From the NCBI GenBank assembly GCA_964270895.1, contig OZ185441.1: DNA of 64,000 bases, one strand, 5' to 3'. Below, in pieces: positions 1 to 13,465 of this stretch. Within the stretch, counting starts at the first letter, position 1, and the number at the start of each line of letters is the position of its first letter. Position numbers and translations under genes: made by a program. A model generated the notes under the pieces. The model had not been told where the DNA came from. It did not search any database and saw only the letters and a list, made by a program, of their open reading frames with translations. Source of the stretch: Podarcis filfolensis (taxonomy: Eukaryota).

Positions 1-301
1 AGAAAAGGTCGCTTAAATCCATCTCCTGCTTAGCTGCATTGTGGCTCACTCTAACCCACAACAACAGTGAGCAAACCTTCCTGACGCTGCAGGCTTCGAT
101 ACGTTCATTTATAGATTTGCACTATTTAATAATACCATTTTCCCCAAAGCTCAACACAGCATATGACAAAACTGTAACACATAATAAGAGTGTGCATAAA
201 AGAATTAGGAAAGAATAACAATCAAAAGAGAAAAAAGAAAGCAGGCGGTGACACAATATCATTAAAAACTAACAGCAGCTCAAGGCTGTCAAGATCTACT
301 G

Positions 302-437
302 CAGGCATAGGCAAACTCGGTCCTCCAGATGTTTTGGGACTACAATTCCCATCATCCCTGACCACTGGTCCTGTTCGCTAGGGGTGATGGGAGTTGTAGT
401 CCCAAAACATCTGGAGAGCCGAGTTTGCCTATGCCTG
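302..437. mobile_element. Palindromic hAT MITE (URR1/Charlie-like), 136 bp
   Basis: TIR CAGGCATAGGCAAACTCGG, near-palindromic body, perfect 8-bp TSD ATCTACTG (294-301 and 438-445). Confidence 0.9.
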
Positions 438-2249
438 ATCTACTGCAATCCAAACGTCTGCCTAGGCTGAACAGTTTTTGCCCATTTGAAGAGGAGCGTC
501 AGTGTTGGCTTCAGACCTCTGGGTCTCAGATTTCAGTAGTGCCCTGTGGAACACCAAAATTTGGCACCCCTTGCCTCTTGCACCCCATTCTAAATCAGTG
601 TCATGGCTCCCCCAGTAGCACCCCTGAGGCTTGATGCCCAGTGCGACCAAAGCAGTCACACTCCCCGACATCCATCTCTGGTTCCTCAGCTGAGGAAGGG
701 ATGCAGAATCCATGGCCTTCTATATTTTCTTCAGCTGCAACTCCCATCAGCACCAACCAGCACTCTAAAGCCAGCCCAATGAATGTTGTAGCTGACTGGG
801 GATTTGAAACCTTATCTCTCCAGTCCTAGTTTAGCACTTTATCCACTGCAGAACATGTCACGTCCAAGCAGGAGTTGGCGAATGCAGTTCAAACACCATT
901 CTGAGGGCTCATTTTAGGTGTTTGCAACCAGGCACAAGATTTAACTTGTGCCTGTAGCTTCAGTAAGTAGCTTCTTGTTTTGGAGCTGCTGTGTGTCTTT
1001 CCAGCTCAACACATTTTTCGGGAATGAATTTGATCTGTTAAAAACAAAGTTTTGTCTTCCCCCATTTGTTGTCATGGGGAATCTAAAAATGACCGTAACT
1101 TCACAGAATTTGATTCAATTTGCAGGCATAGGAGGGACTCCATAGTGAATTAAGGCTGCCAACCAAAGGCAGATACATCCATATCTTTTATTGTTAATCA
1201 GTTAGGGTGCTTCATGGGAGTGATTCATGAGGCAACAAAGGTTCAGCAGAAAATGGACCTTCACTGGGAGAAAGGTGATAATAAACATCCACTCAGCTGT
1301 GCAATCTCTTTCTGACTCCCCACCCCATGCCAACTGCTTAAATCTTCACACTACTTGACTTCTGCAGGATTCACCATCTTTGCACTGCATGGTAAGCGCA
1401 CAATGGATTTTGATTTGAAAAAAAAGAGGGGGAATTGTTTTGTTTCTCTACAAGTCCACAGTTGTTCCTTTTTTGATAGTTGCACTCCATTTATTATAGA
1501 CAGCAGAGTTGCTCATTTAGTTAAGCCATCCAGGAACCAGATGGTTCCTATCAGTTGAGATGAAGAAAAATGAAGAGCTATTCTTGAGAAAACCTGACAT
1601 CAACAAGTCTCAGAAACGATGCCAAGCAACAAACTTAGACCGAGATTTGGATGGCTCAAAGTGCCAACACTACAAGGCTTGGTGATGGCAGAAAGTGGGA
1701 AAACATAACTCAAACAGGGCAATCCAGACTCAATAACTCTTTTTAAATAATTTTTGGAGACTGGAAACCCTACTTTTAGTCTATCAAGACTTTCAATGAA
1801 ATTTTACACGGCAATTTTACATGAAAAGCTATCTTGGGTGGGGAAGGTCAGCATGTTATCCAATTAACACATCCCATCAATGCAAGGATTTACACTTGCA
1901 CAATCAAATTTCACCCCTCTCCTCCCCCTGCACACACCCTAAATCTGTTCTGTCAGTTTCCCCAGTGCAGATTTGGGGAGGGGTAAAGTTATGTTGTGCA
2001 AGCATAAATCTTTGCACTGATGGGACACATTCATTTCCTGCTGCAAAGAGACAAATAACATAGGAAATTGCCTTAACATGAGTCAAATTGTTGGTCCATC
2101 TAGCTCACTACAGCCTATGGTGACAGGTGGCAGATCTCCAGGCTTTCAAGCAAGTTTAGCAAAGGGTACCACACTCCTCAAGATGGCCATCCTACAGGAG
2201 TGCTCCTATTTGATGTAAGTCATAGGGTTCTCCCGCTGGATTGACCCAG

Positions 2250-2420
2250 TGTATACTTCTGGGAGGCGGGAGGCCAGAAGTCAATGGTTGTACCCAGTGC
2301 CTATGTCAAACACCTCTAACATCTGGAATCAATAAAGCTGTGGCCTTATGTGACCCCCCCAAAGCATTGTGTTCTGTCTGGTGTATTACTCTGGATGATG
2401 CAATGCTTCTTGGCTTGAAA
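2250..2420 (+). mobile_element. Possible LTR/DIRS-type terminal fragment
   Basis: AATAAAGCTGTGGCC followed by a GT-rich U5-like tract; no termini or TSD resolved. Confidence 0.25.
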
Positions 2421-4939
2421 CCAAATGTGTGGACTAACTCCATAGGAAAAATTGGGGTTGGATCACATGTTTGTCCCATTGACATAAATGGAACTTTAAG
2501 TGAGTCATGAAAAACTTGTCCTGCTGATTTGAATGGAGCTAAACAGTGACAAACTTCCTTTGGATCCAGCAAGTTGTATTCGGAGGTGTGAAGTAAATGC
2601 AAGTTCTCTTACTGTATCTCTCACTCCTGTAAGTCATCACTTGATACTGCAGTCATCAAGTGATGAACTTCAATGTAGTGAACCAATCTTGAACCTTTTA
2701 CTTTGTCTAGTGCTTCTTGAGACCCTCATCCAACAGCTAGGAGAGGAGGCCACCACAAATATCTGCTTTTGCTTGACTAGAATACAAACAATCCAGTCTT
2801 CTCTGATTCATACATTTATTAAATTTGTATTACACCCTTCTTCCCAAAGAAGCCCAGGATGGCAAACATAAAAATGTTAAAACAATACCATTTAAATAAG
2901 ATAAAACACACTAAAAACTTTAAAAAAGCAATTAGAAACCATCTAAAAACATTTCATGTGTCTGAATATATTTTAAAATGTTTGGAGTCCTTACTCCCAA
3001 ATTATGGGGATGTTACTGTGCTTGGTACAGACCATCCGCACTAAGGAACTTGGATGGACGTGGAGGTGCAAACATTCACAGCTGGATGCTATCCAGATGT
3101 CTTATTTATATCACACACTAGATTTTATCAGATCTGTTATGCTTCGTTTTGGAATAATTTACATGTAGATAGGCCTTGCAGTAAAAATCAGGAGTTGGCA
3201 GGACAAGTTGTACCCAGTTCCCAACTGTGTTGTTAGCTGTGTTAAAAAAGGGGGGAGTTCAATCATTTTGTTTCGCTATCCAAATCCACAATTGTTCAGT
3301 TTTGACTGTTGCACTAACGTTTATTAACTCACACAACTGAGTTGCTCTGATAGTTCAGCTGCTCAGAACCAGATGGTTTCTATCAGGAGAGTGACCTTAA
3401 AAATTGGGAGTGGGGATTATGATTCAGGAGGTGATTACATGCTCCACCCCCATCCCTACACACAACCACAACCTAACCTTCATAGCCACAGACACTGCTT
3501 ACAGAACAGTTAGGTCGTGCTCCCCAATGCAAGAGTCAGCCTAAGACACCCAGCTGTAGAATGCATACTCCAGTTTTAATGATTCTGGTGCCTTTGTGCA
3601 TGCTTTATCAATGGACTGCCACATTCTCTTGAGTGCCAGGAAATTCTCTGCTTATACCCTTCCAAATTTTTGTCTCATGACATATATATTTGCCAGCAGC
3701 CTTTTGGCAAGAAACAACTCAGCGGATACTGCGTTAGTTGTCTCTGTGGTACACAACCACATGACAGCTGTCTAGTTACTACACTGACACTTGTCAATGC
3801 TTTGAAATGAGATGAATGAATGTGTTTCTTGCCCTACCCCACAAAAGATTCCTCCCATCCCTGCAGCCATCTTCCGATTCCCATGCCCCAATGGCAGAGT
3901 GGCTGGTTCCCATTGGCAATGTTTACTGGGCTATTTTTTCAGCAGAAGGGTGGTGACTGGTAAGCCCAGCACACCAGAACATTTGTGGGTAACAAGGACA
4001 GTCATCTGGGAGCTAGGAGTGGGGTGGGAATTCCTGCAATCCACTTTTTGCCATAAACCACTCTGTCACTCCCAAACTTGCTTGCTGGTAGGATTAGATA
4101 TTTCCCCAGACTTTGCAACAAAAAGTGTACACAAAAATATGAAATTTCCTTAAACGATGCATAGTTAATCTATCTATCCCACTTTTCTGGGATGTCCAAT
4201 GAAACAAAGTACAAAAAAAATGCCTAAAACATAATGAAAATTAGCAATATATCCAAACCCACAATTGAAAGAACAAAATCAATCCAGAAGTCAGGAGCTA
4301 AGATAAAATGTTAATTTTTATTTTATTTTATTTTTAAAAATATTCCAGCCTGGATGGAATCATTCTTGTTTTGCATGCTTGTTGGCGAAGGTTTTATTAT
4401 CACTCTGCTAAGATGTACACTTTGAAACAAATGCTTGGATTTATATAAACGGAAAAAGCAAATATCCAAAATATGTAAACAATGCGGCATTATTTGAGTG
4501 GTTTGGGTTTCAAGACAATTATAGTAAGTATGCAGATCTGGTTTTGATGGGCCATGCAGAAGACGTTGGTAAAGTGCTAAATGTGCAAGTAATTATGAAC
4601 TTGGCACAGTAGCACTATTTATACTTTAAACTGTACATTTGCTGCTTTGGGGGAGGATGTTTACTTAACCAGAATCTATTAAACATGCTGAAGAGTATCA
4701 CCGGGGAAGACGGGAAAAAAAGCTGTAGCCCGAAACATCTTTCATTGATGAAACACAGAGTCAGTCAGTCATCACAAATGGTAAAGAAAGGCAGACACAA
4801 GTTGGCAGAATACAGGAGACCCTTAGGTGTCTTTTATCTCCTTTTTAAAAAAATCTGCGCTGAAGTGTTTGGTGACAGTGAAAAGGGCTCGTGGGGCCGG
4901 CAGCTTGAGTCTTTCACTGAGTTACATACTTTGCAGTCA

Positions 4940-5035
4940 TGGAAACATAGGAAGCTGCCGTTGGTCCACTGAGCTTAGTGTTGACTACACTGACGGACAG
5001 CAGCAAGTTTCCAAGCAGGGAACGTTCCCAAACTT
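4940..5035 (-). mobile_element. Degraded 3' part of tRNA-derived SINE (Squam2-like)
   Basis: GAAACATAGGAAGCTGCC...TTGGTCCA..GAGCT matches the tail of the fuller copy at 17338-17532. Confidence 0.55.
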
Positions 5036-5587
5036 TCTTCTGCATGGGAAGCAAATGCTCTCCCACTGAGGTACGCCCTTTCTCTTGTTTTGCACCACTG
5101 CCTCAAGAAACAACGTTGTAAGGAGGGGAGGGGGGAAGAAATGGGCATTGGTGGGCTACCTCCCCCAACTATATATGCTTTCATCACAGTCATCTCCCAT
5201 TTTCTCTTTGAAAAAGTGCCAGCGTTATCCCTCTGCTGCAATTTATTTGTCACTAGTTGGTGTTTAGGCCACCCATCCCAAAGATTAGTTGAGTGGATGG
5301 CTGCAAATAGATTTTATTTTTAAGGTGTGTAAACCTAGGAGACCATACTATTTGGAGTGATTAAACCACACAGATACCATATTTTCTGTTTGTTGGGTTT
5401 CAGTGCCACGCAACACCAAAATGTTACACTTTCAGGCCCCTAACATCAGTACAATATTTGACTGACTGACTGACTGACTGACTGATTGATTGATCAACAT
5501 GTATTGATCAACACTTCACTTGCCAGAAAGCCTCTAAGCAGTTTACAAAGAACAGGCTAAAATAATCATTAAAAACAACAACCAATA

Positions 5588-5802
5588 CAGTGGCACCTCG
5601 GGTTACAGATGCTTCAGGTTACAGACTCCGCTAACCCAAAAATAGTACCTCGGGTTAAGAACTTTGCTTCAGGATGAGAACAGAAATTGTGCAGCGGCAG
5701 CGGGAGGCCCCATTAGCTAAAGTGGTACCTCAGGTTAAGAACAGTTTCAGGTTAAGAACGGACCTCCAGAACAAATTAAGTTCTTAACCAGAGGTACCAC
5801 TG
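5588..5802 (+). mobile_element. Tc1/mariner (Tigger/pogo-like) MITE, family A
   Basis: TIRs CAGTGG(C/T)ACCTC...GAGGTACCACTG with TA TSDs; paralogs at 15662, 47124 and 53107. Confidence 0.9.
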
Positions 5803-8094
5803 TAAAAGCAAACATTGCAAACGAATTGGCATGTTTTTCCTCAAAATATTAATACAATCAACAATTTAAAAACAATTATATAAATCTACATGTCAAAAAA
5901 TTATCTGTGGGGGGTTATTTGGGGGGTGGGGATAGGAAATGCAGATTAATGCTGAAATGGGATAGAATGGACTATGGAAATGGCACAGAGCAGAAGTAGA
6001 CTGATCCATCCAACCTTCCTCAAATTCTGTAAACTCTTAGTTGATGTTTCCCCACTCAGTTCCCATTCTCAGACACGAGAGTGGGGAATGATTTAAAACA
6101 GTTTCTCTCACCGCTTTAAAAAGTTGATACTTTTAACATGGCTCACTAATGATTATTCATCAATGCATATTTGCATAAATGCAAGTCAGATGTGTCTGAG
6201 CTCTCATATAATGTATCTTCCCTCTGTCTGCTTCACTAAAAAAAAGTGAAGTTGAACTATGTTTGATTTGTAGATATGAACAAAAATATGATCTCTTTTA
6301 AGGGGTAGAATTTTCTCACACAATGCAGAAGAATCTTCTATATATTCAGAAGATTATAATGAGTTAGGGTTGAAAGAGTATTATTTTGAATAAAGAATGT
6401 GAAGCATTAAATGCATAACATCCCTCTGGAAGAAATATATATTTAGCTTAACTTTTAATTGGAGGGGCTAGATTCTATTAACAATTCTTTACATGTGCAT
6501 CTTATGTATTTTATTACTACTTACGCCAATTCTCATCTTCCACAGAGAGTCTCACAGACCCACAGTATGCTTTAAAGTGTTGAAGAAGATTTCGAAGCTT
6601 TTGCAAAAGCTACTTTACACTCACAAGTGATCAGAAGAAGAAATCAGGAACGGAGTTATCAATTGCATGAAATGATGTCCTACGGCAATGCAGCAGCCAT
6701 AAGATTTATCGTGTGTGTATCTGTTGCACTGGGAAGCAACCTGAACTGTTTCAGATCCACCTACATCTTTCCAATCTGACCTGTTGTTCAGGACCTAATA
6801 AAATCGAACCCTCACCAAATATAAAGGGAAATCTACAAATAGCTAAATTTCCCCCTTTTTTCATAGAAGTGTGTGGAATTTGCAGGCAAAGGAGTCCCTC
6901 CAGAGTGGCTTAAGCTTGCCAAACTGTGGAGAGATCCATCTGGGGTATTGGGGGGGGGGGGAGAAGCTTTAATGTTTAAAACCAACCTTCTATGTTAGTC
7001 CTGTTTGACAATCCCCTGGTTTTTAGAGGCAGAACATCTCCCTCCCAAGATTTACTGAGGTACTATATGTAACTGGTGAGTAGCTACTGTCTGTATACTC
7101 TACAGCTGGTCATTCTGTTGCACTCTTTGGTCAGCACTGAGAGAAGATAAATAAAACGAAAGTCATTTGTAATGGAAAATATTACAAACCGTTTAATTTT
7201 AGCAAGTGATGATTTGCTGCCCTATATAATTAGTTTTCCCTTCATTCTCTGACCTAAATATTATGCTCTTTTGTTGTATCCATGAAACCACACATCCTGC
7301 ATTTAAATCCTACAAGACCCATTAAAAATGGTGTAGCATAACTATTGTATGAAAATGAGCCAAGTAAGAGAAAGGTTGAGTGCAGTGGAGTGGGTTATTA
7401 AATCCTTGCTCTGGTCAGTCTTCTTCCATTGCAAATTTGTGCAGACAGAAATCTCCCAGAAAGGAAAGCAGCTATCTTGCTCCCATGTTATGGTTCTGTT
7501 TCTGGAAACATTTACCCAAACAAGCGGTTGTTGTTGTTTTGGACACATGCAAAATTCTAACTGGACACAACCTTTTTTGTTTTCACAGATGCCCCCTTTT
7601 ACATCACCATCACCATTGCCATCACATATAATGGTTGTCTCTATGTAAAACTATGTTACACCAAGGGAGGAATTCAATGTAGCACCAGGCAGATCGTTCC
7701 ATCAGTACAAGAATTTCTGCTTGCACTGATAGAATGATTGGCCCTCTCCTCCACCCTGTTCTGGGGGTTCTCCCAACCCCACAGACAAAAACTGGGGAGG
7801 CACAGAGGGAGTGGGGAGCCCTGTTGGGGTAGTGGAAGTCATTGTCTGGACTTCTGCTGGTGGGGTTCATTCTCTGAATCCCACTCAATACGTTTATTCA
7901 TATGGTTGTTTTCTGATGTACAAAATCACTGGTGGCACATTCTGTAGAGAATAAATGAGTTACTTCTTTCCTATTCTGCCTGCCACTAATGGATTGTACT
8001 GTATCCCTTTATTTTGGGTCAGACTCTCTTCAGGGGATGATACCATGGATTCTTGGGTGCCCTGCTTGGCATAGTTCATAGCTTCCCTGAGTTA

Positions 8095-9133
8095 TGGCAA
8101 GTTCTTAAAGAAATGGGAGTGCCTGATCACCTCATCTGTCTCCTGAGAAATCTCTATGTGGGACAAAAAGCTACAGTTAGAACTGGATATGGAACAACTG
8201 ATTGGTTCAAAAATGGGAAGGGAGTATGGCAAGGCTGGATATTGTCTCCCTGCTTATTTAACTTATATGCAGAATTCATCATGCGAAAGGCTGGGCTGGA
8301 TGAATCCCTAGCCGAAATTAAGATTGCCGGAAGAAATATCAACAACCTCATATATGAAGATGACACAACCTTGATGGCAGAAAGTGAGGAGGAATTAAAG
8401 AACCTTTTATTGAAGGTGAAAGAGGAGAGCGCAAAATATGGTCTGAAGCTCAACATCAAAAAAACCCCAAAGATCATGGCCACTGGTCCCATCACCTCCT
8501 GGCAAATAGAAGGGGAAGAAATGGAGGCAGTGAGAGATTTTACTTTCTTGGGCTCCATGATCACTGCAGATGGTGACAGCAGCCACGAAATTAAAAGACG
8601 CCTGCTTCTTGGGAGAAAAGCAATGACAAACCTAGATAGCATCTTAAAAAGTAGAGACATCACCTTGCCAACAAAGGTCCGTATAGTAAAAGCTATGGTT
8701 TTCCCAGTAGTGATGTATGGAAATGAGAGCTGGACCATAAAGAAGGCTGATCGCCAAAGAATTGATGCTTTTGAATTATGGTGCTGGAGGAGACTCTTGA
8801 GAGTCCCATGGACTGCAAGAAGATCAAACCTCTCCATTCTTAATGAAATCAGCCCTGAGTGCTCACTGGAAGGACAGATCGTGAAGCTGAGGCTCCAATA
8901 CTTTGGCCACCTCATGAGAAGAGAAGACTCCCTGGAAAAGACCCTGATGTTGGGAAAGATGGAGGGCACAAGAAGGGGACGACAGAGGACGAGATGGCTG
9001 GATAGTGTTCTCGAAGCTACCAGCATGAGGTTGACCAAACTGCGGGAGGCAGTGGAAGACAGGAGTGCCTGGCGTGCTCTAGTCCATGGGGTCACGAAGA
9101 GTCGGACACGACTAAACAACTAAACAACAACAA
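8095..9133 (+). mobile_element. Bov-B (RTE clade) LINE, 5'-truncated, with C-terminal half of the reverse transcriptase frame
   Basis: Stop-free frame with RT motifs (KGVWQGWILSPCLFNLY, NLIYEDDTTL, FTFLGS, LQYFGHLMRR) and the Bov-B 3' end GAGTCGGACACGACTAAAC with a (CAA)n tail. Confidence 0.95.
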
Positions 9134-10904
9134 CCATGAATTCAGAGTGGAAATTGCCTTCAGATCCAGCCGCAGGTGTACATACAACACCGGAAACACT
9201 TGAACGAAAGGACCTCTCTGATCCTCTCATTACCCTCCGAGGGTTCCAGCCGTACAATGACTGTCACTGAAACAACACCTGAGCTCTACTTGTATGGAGT
9301 CTTCAACCTGAGCCCTGTAGGGAGCTGTCCAGGGTACCACCGAAGGGTTGCCTTGCCTCCAGGCTGCTGAAGCCCTGACTCACAACAAAATGGAGTGGCC
9401 TATTGATACACAGGAATGCATGCTGTTGACACCACACTTGGGAGAATGCCCGGCAAAGTTGTAGGCCAGTGACACAATCAGTCTGCACTGAGCAGTACAA
9501 AGCATAATCTGCCTGATTGGTACAGAGGTAGACTGCCCTAACTTCCAACTTTAACAAGTGACAGCCTCTTAAAATAACAGTGACCCACTTTTTCTCTTCC
9601 TCCTTTATTCACTCCTCAGCCTCAACAGCTGAGCTGTGCAACATCTGCCCCATATAAACTGCTGCTGTATATACGCTCAAAATAATATTTAAAGTAAAAA
9701 CCTTTCATTTTCTTATAGCTGCTCCCTTGCTACAGCGTTAAAGCATTTTTAATGTAATCTGGTTTGGGGTTTTTTTATCAGCCTCATGAGTGGAAAACCT
9801 TTAGATGTTGTTGGACTCCATCAGTGGTCAAGGACAATGAGAGTTGGAGTCTAGTAACATCTGAAGGGCCACATATCTCCCATCTTTGGCCTATCTGATT
9901 AACTGGCAAAGTTCATGTTCGCTTGTAGAATATTTCCATTGTAACTCACTGCTTCTCGTCTCTGAATTGGTTTATGTATCCTAGCTCCAAGATGTGCTCT
10001 GCTCCTTCATAACTAATGGCAAATCATCAACTTCTGAACATAAGATCTACTGCCTGTTGGTTGACAATCTTACTATTATCCCTCACTGTTTTGCTGGGTT
10101 TTGACCTCTTGTGTTTTATTAGCTTAGATCTTAAAGTAGCAGGCTATGATGGCATTCACTCCAAAACATACCTGTAGTGACTGCCAGAACAGTCCCCCAC
10201 CATCCCCTTTCCCCAGAAAATCCTGGCAAAATCAAAGAGCAAATGCATATAGCATGCCAAGAGTTCAGGTTTTACAGTTCTTCTTTGCTACTGTTTGTCA
10301 TTTCTCTTCAGATATATTCAAAGTGCTATTTAACCACTGAAAACAACAAGAGGGAATAGGAGTACAAACTTGCTGAATTAACAGTTGTAAATATGATGCA
10401 ACGCAATACTTAAGAGACTGAATTCAGTAATTTGACCTGCATACAGATCCCAGGAAAGAGAGGGGAGCTATATTTGTAACTGAGAACTGAGCTGGCTACA
10501 GGGCAAAATTACCCATTTTGCTAGAAACTCTTCAGATGTAAGATCCAAGCAAAGCGGGAATCACAACCAGGAAGAAAGTATCTGGAGTGCTATACAAAGT
10601 TAGGAAACTGTGTCTGATTTCAATGCTGCTTGCTAAATTACGAGTTCGGTATTATTTATTGTGCATAGGTCTAACCATGCTTCAGCGTGGAACAGTACTA
10701 TTCCAATATTCCTCTTTCCCCTCTAGTTATTCCTCTCTTAACCAGTGCAGCCAGACAGCCCAACTGTCTCTCACCGCTCTCTGTCCTCAGTGTTCAGTTC
10801 ATTCAATATGACTAATCATGCCCTGACCCCGTGAAACAGGAAGCCATAGCAATATAAGAAGGTGCCTTATACCAGGCCAGAGTATTTGCCCATCTAGCTT
10901 GTAG

Positions 10905-11395
10905 GCATTCCATGGGCATCTGGTTAGTCACTGTGAGAACAGAGTGTTATGCACCAGGAGTCAGCTTCAGCTGCTGAACAGCAGCCTGAAGGGGGAGTGA
11001 CTCCATCTGCAGCTGATCAGCCTTCAAGGACAAAGAGTAGAAGGCACTGATTATAGCCAAGTGGCTTCAGCCTTCTTAAGCAGAGCTTCCAGCAGCAGTC
11101 AGATGCTACAAGCAACACTTGTAGTTCCTGGTCCTTCCTTTCTGCTGCCTGCTCATCTTGACCCTTGACCCCATGATCATCGGCTTCCCTGGACCATCTG
11201 ACCACATGCTCACCCAACCCTAGGACTGGACCTGACTTTGGATGCTGACTCTGCCTCCAGGCAAGTACACCTCAGAGACTCTTCTGGTTGGCTGGCCTCC
11301 CACTCCATTGCAGCTCAGCAATGAGACTACAATACAGAGGGCTGGACTAGATGGACCTTTGACCTGATCCAGTAGAGCTCTTCTTATGTTCTAAG
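10905..11395 (+). mobile_element. CR1-type 3' terminal fragment, split by an LTR-like insertion
   Basis: GGCATCTGGTTAGTCACTGTGAGAACAGAG is continued after the insert by GCTGGACTAGATGGACC...CCTGATCCAG...CTCTTCTTATGTTCT. Confidence 0.55.
10945..11334. mobile_element. Probable solo LTR, about 390 bp
   Basis: Starts TGTTAT, is flanked by the direct repeat CAGAG (10940-10944 and 11335-11339) and interrupts a recognisable repeat. The 3' end is TA rather than CA. Confidence 0.5.
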
Positions 11396-13413
11396 AACTG
11401 TCAGCTTTGGCTGGGAGGGTTTTAGGCAGACATCTTCTTCACTGCTGTTACTTGACCCTTTTAACTGGAGATACCTGGGACAGCGCAGGCTGGTTTATAA
11501 ACACAACAGGGGAGTTGTCATCTCTGTATAGGTTGGGATCTAGCATGCATAGTGATCACCATGCTACAATACAAGTTTGGGAAGCAGGGAATGTAATCTG
11601 ATTTGCAAAGTCTGCCCTCTTTTTTTTTTTTTTTGAAAGGGAACGTATGTGCAAATTGGCAAAATCTGCACAGAAAATTATGCATATGCTGTCCACATTG
11701 AAGACTGCCTCTGCTGTGGGTGGGAGGGCCAAGGTGCCTGTTTCACTCACCCTGTTTACAGAATCCCATCTGTGTGTGTGAATCTACCCTATAAACAAGA
11801 AACGGATACCTGGCTGTTGTTAAAATGCACCTTGTATTTTATGAGGCAGATGAACTAAGGGCTTGTTTTGAACCAGACTTGTTTTGCTAATTTGCAGCCA
11901 CACAACATAGCTTTGACAATATGAAATGTGATGCTCTGAGAGAAAGTGTTTTGTTTACCCTGTCTTCCTTGTCCCCCGTCCCCCCCCCAAGCTGCTATTA
12001 GTGGCAAAGGTGGTGATGAGACCTGAAGAACATATGTACCAGTTTTCCTCTCCAGCTGAGCTGAAAGCAGGTTGGTGGGAGGAATTACATCAGGAAAGGC
12101 CATGATAGGAAGGGTTAAGTAAGTTTTGTTAGGTCACCTTTGAGACTTTTAAAATACAAAATGACTGACAAATGTAATAATATAATGATAATGATTTTAA
12201 AAACCTCTTCTCCCACACCAGCACATCCACAATTTTCAGAATCATCCCTGAGGAGCTGCTAATGAATAACAACAACAAAAACGCCGCATGAGATCCTCAT
12301 CACAGCCTTTCTTTATTTTGTCTAGTTTAGCCCTAGGGCTTACTCTAAAAATGTTGGCATTTCATCTATGACTAACAGGAAATATGGCGCTGAACTCTCA
12401 ATTTAGTAATGTGGGAAACATTCAAAACTGGAACCCACTTTAAAGCAAGACCCCAAAGCCCTGCTTTTATAGCACGGTGACACATTCTTCACACACCAGC
12501 CACAAATTCTGGTCCTCCAGGTGCTTGACAATTCCATCTCTGCAGTTTATGGTAATCAGGAAGAAAAACTAGGAGGCTTAAAACTCCACTAATGGGTCAC
12601 CATTAGAGATGGACACATCAGGCTATCTCTGGTGGATGTCAATTTCATTCATTCGAAAGTCATATGAATATACATTCATAAGGATTCTTTGGATTAATAC
12701 AGATGCAGTCATGAAAATCTGTTATGATACAAGTCCATTCCATCCTGTTTCTGCATTAATCTGTGCATATATATAGATATATAGGTAATCATATTTAAAT
12801 ATATATGTATATTATCACAATGTACACAGTTATAAACATATTGTATCCTAAAACATGACTTTTGCAATGCATTTTGGTTTATGCATCGTTTTTGAGTCAG
12901 GAACATTATTTTTGAAAGGAAAGGAGACATGTAAAATCAGAATGTTAAGTAGGACCAGTCTGGCCCACACAGTAGTCCACATCTAGATAAGATGTCAGCT
13001 TGCACAGAAATTCACAAAAACTGAATTCTTCAAGTATCCTTTGGTACCATGCTAGTGTGTGTAGGTGGGCGGGTGCTCCACTGAGGTTGGAGTATCACAG
13101 CTTACACAGGCCTGCAAAACTTGTGGTAGATGCCTGATTTCTATCATGATTTGGGATCCCTTCACATTGACAGGCCACAAAGATTTTCACAAACTGATTT
13201 CATACTGAGAGGGTAGAGTGAGATGGTGTTAGTGTGAGCCAGCTGCATGCATGAGGATAACCACAGGGACCTTCCTGATCACAGCTGCCATTTTGCAAAG
13301 TGACAGGGTCAAGAAATGCCTATGACTGCCCACCTACTGCTTTGACATACACATGAGTACAGAAGAATGGACAAAGCAAATGTGTATTGACAGATTCCCA
13401 AAGCAAAACTAAG

Positions 13414-13463
<50 letters not shown>
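13414..13463. repeat. (CA)n(GA)n microsatellite
   Basis: Seen directly. Confidence 0.95.

Positions 13464-13465
<2 letters not shown>

Noticed and set aside
880-898. GAATGCAGTTCAAACACC, resembling the NAVQNH part of ANGPT1 exon 2
   Set aside because: Wrong strand, and no flanking coding similarity or splice sites; chance match.
8042-8094. Possible TSD ACCATG(G/A)ATTC and a small inverted piece (GCTTGGCATAGTT) ahead of the long Bov-B copy
   Set aside because: The TSD has a mismatch and lies about 42 nt from the element edge, and the inverted match is only about 13 nt. Too weak to count as a fourth inversion without a consensus alignment.
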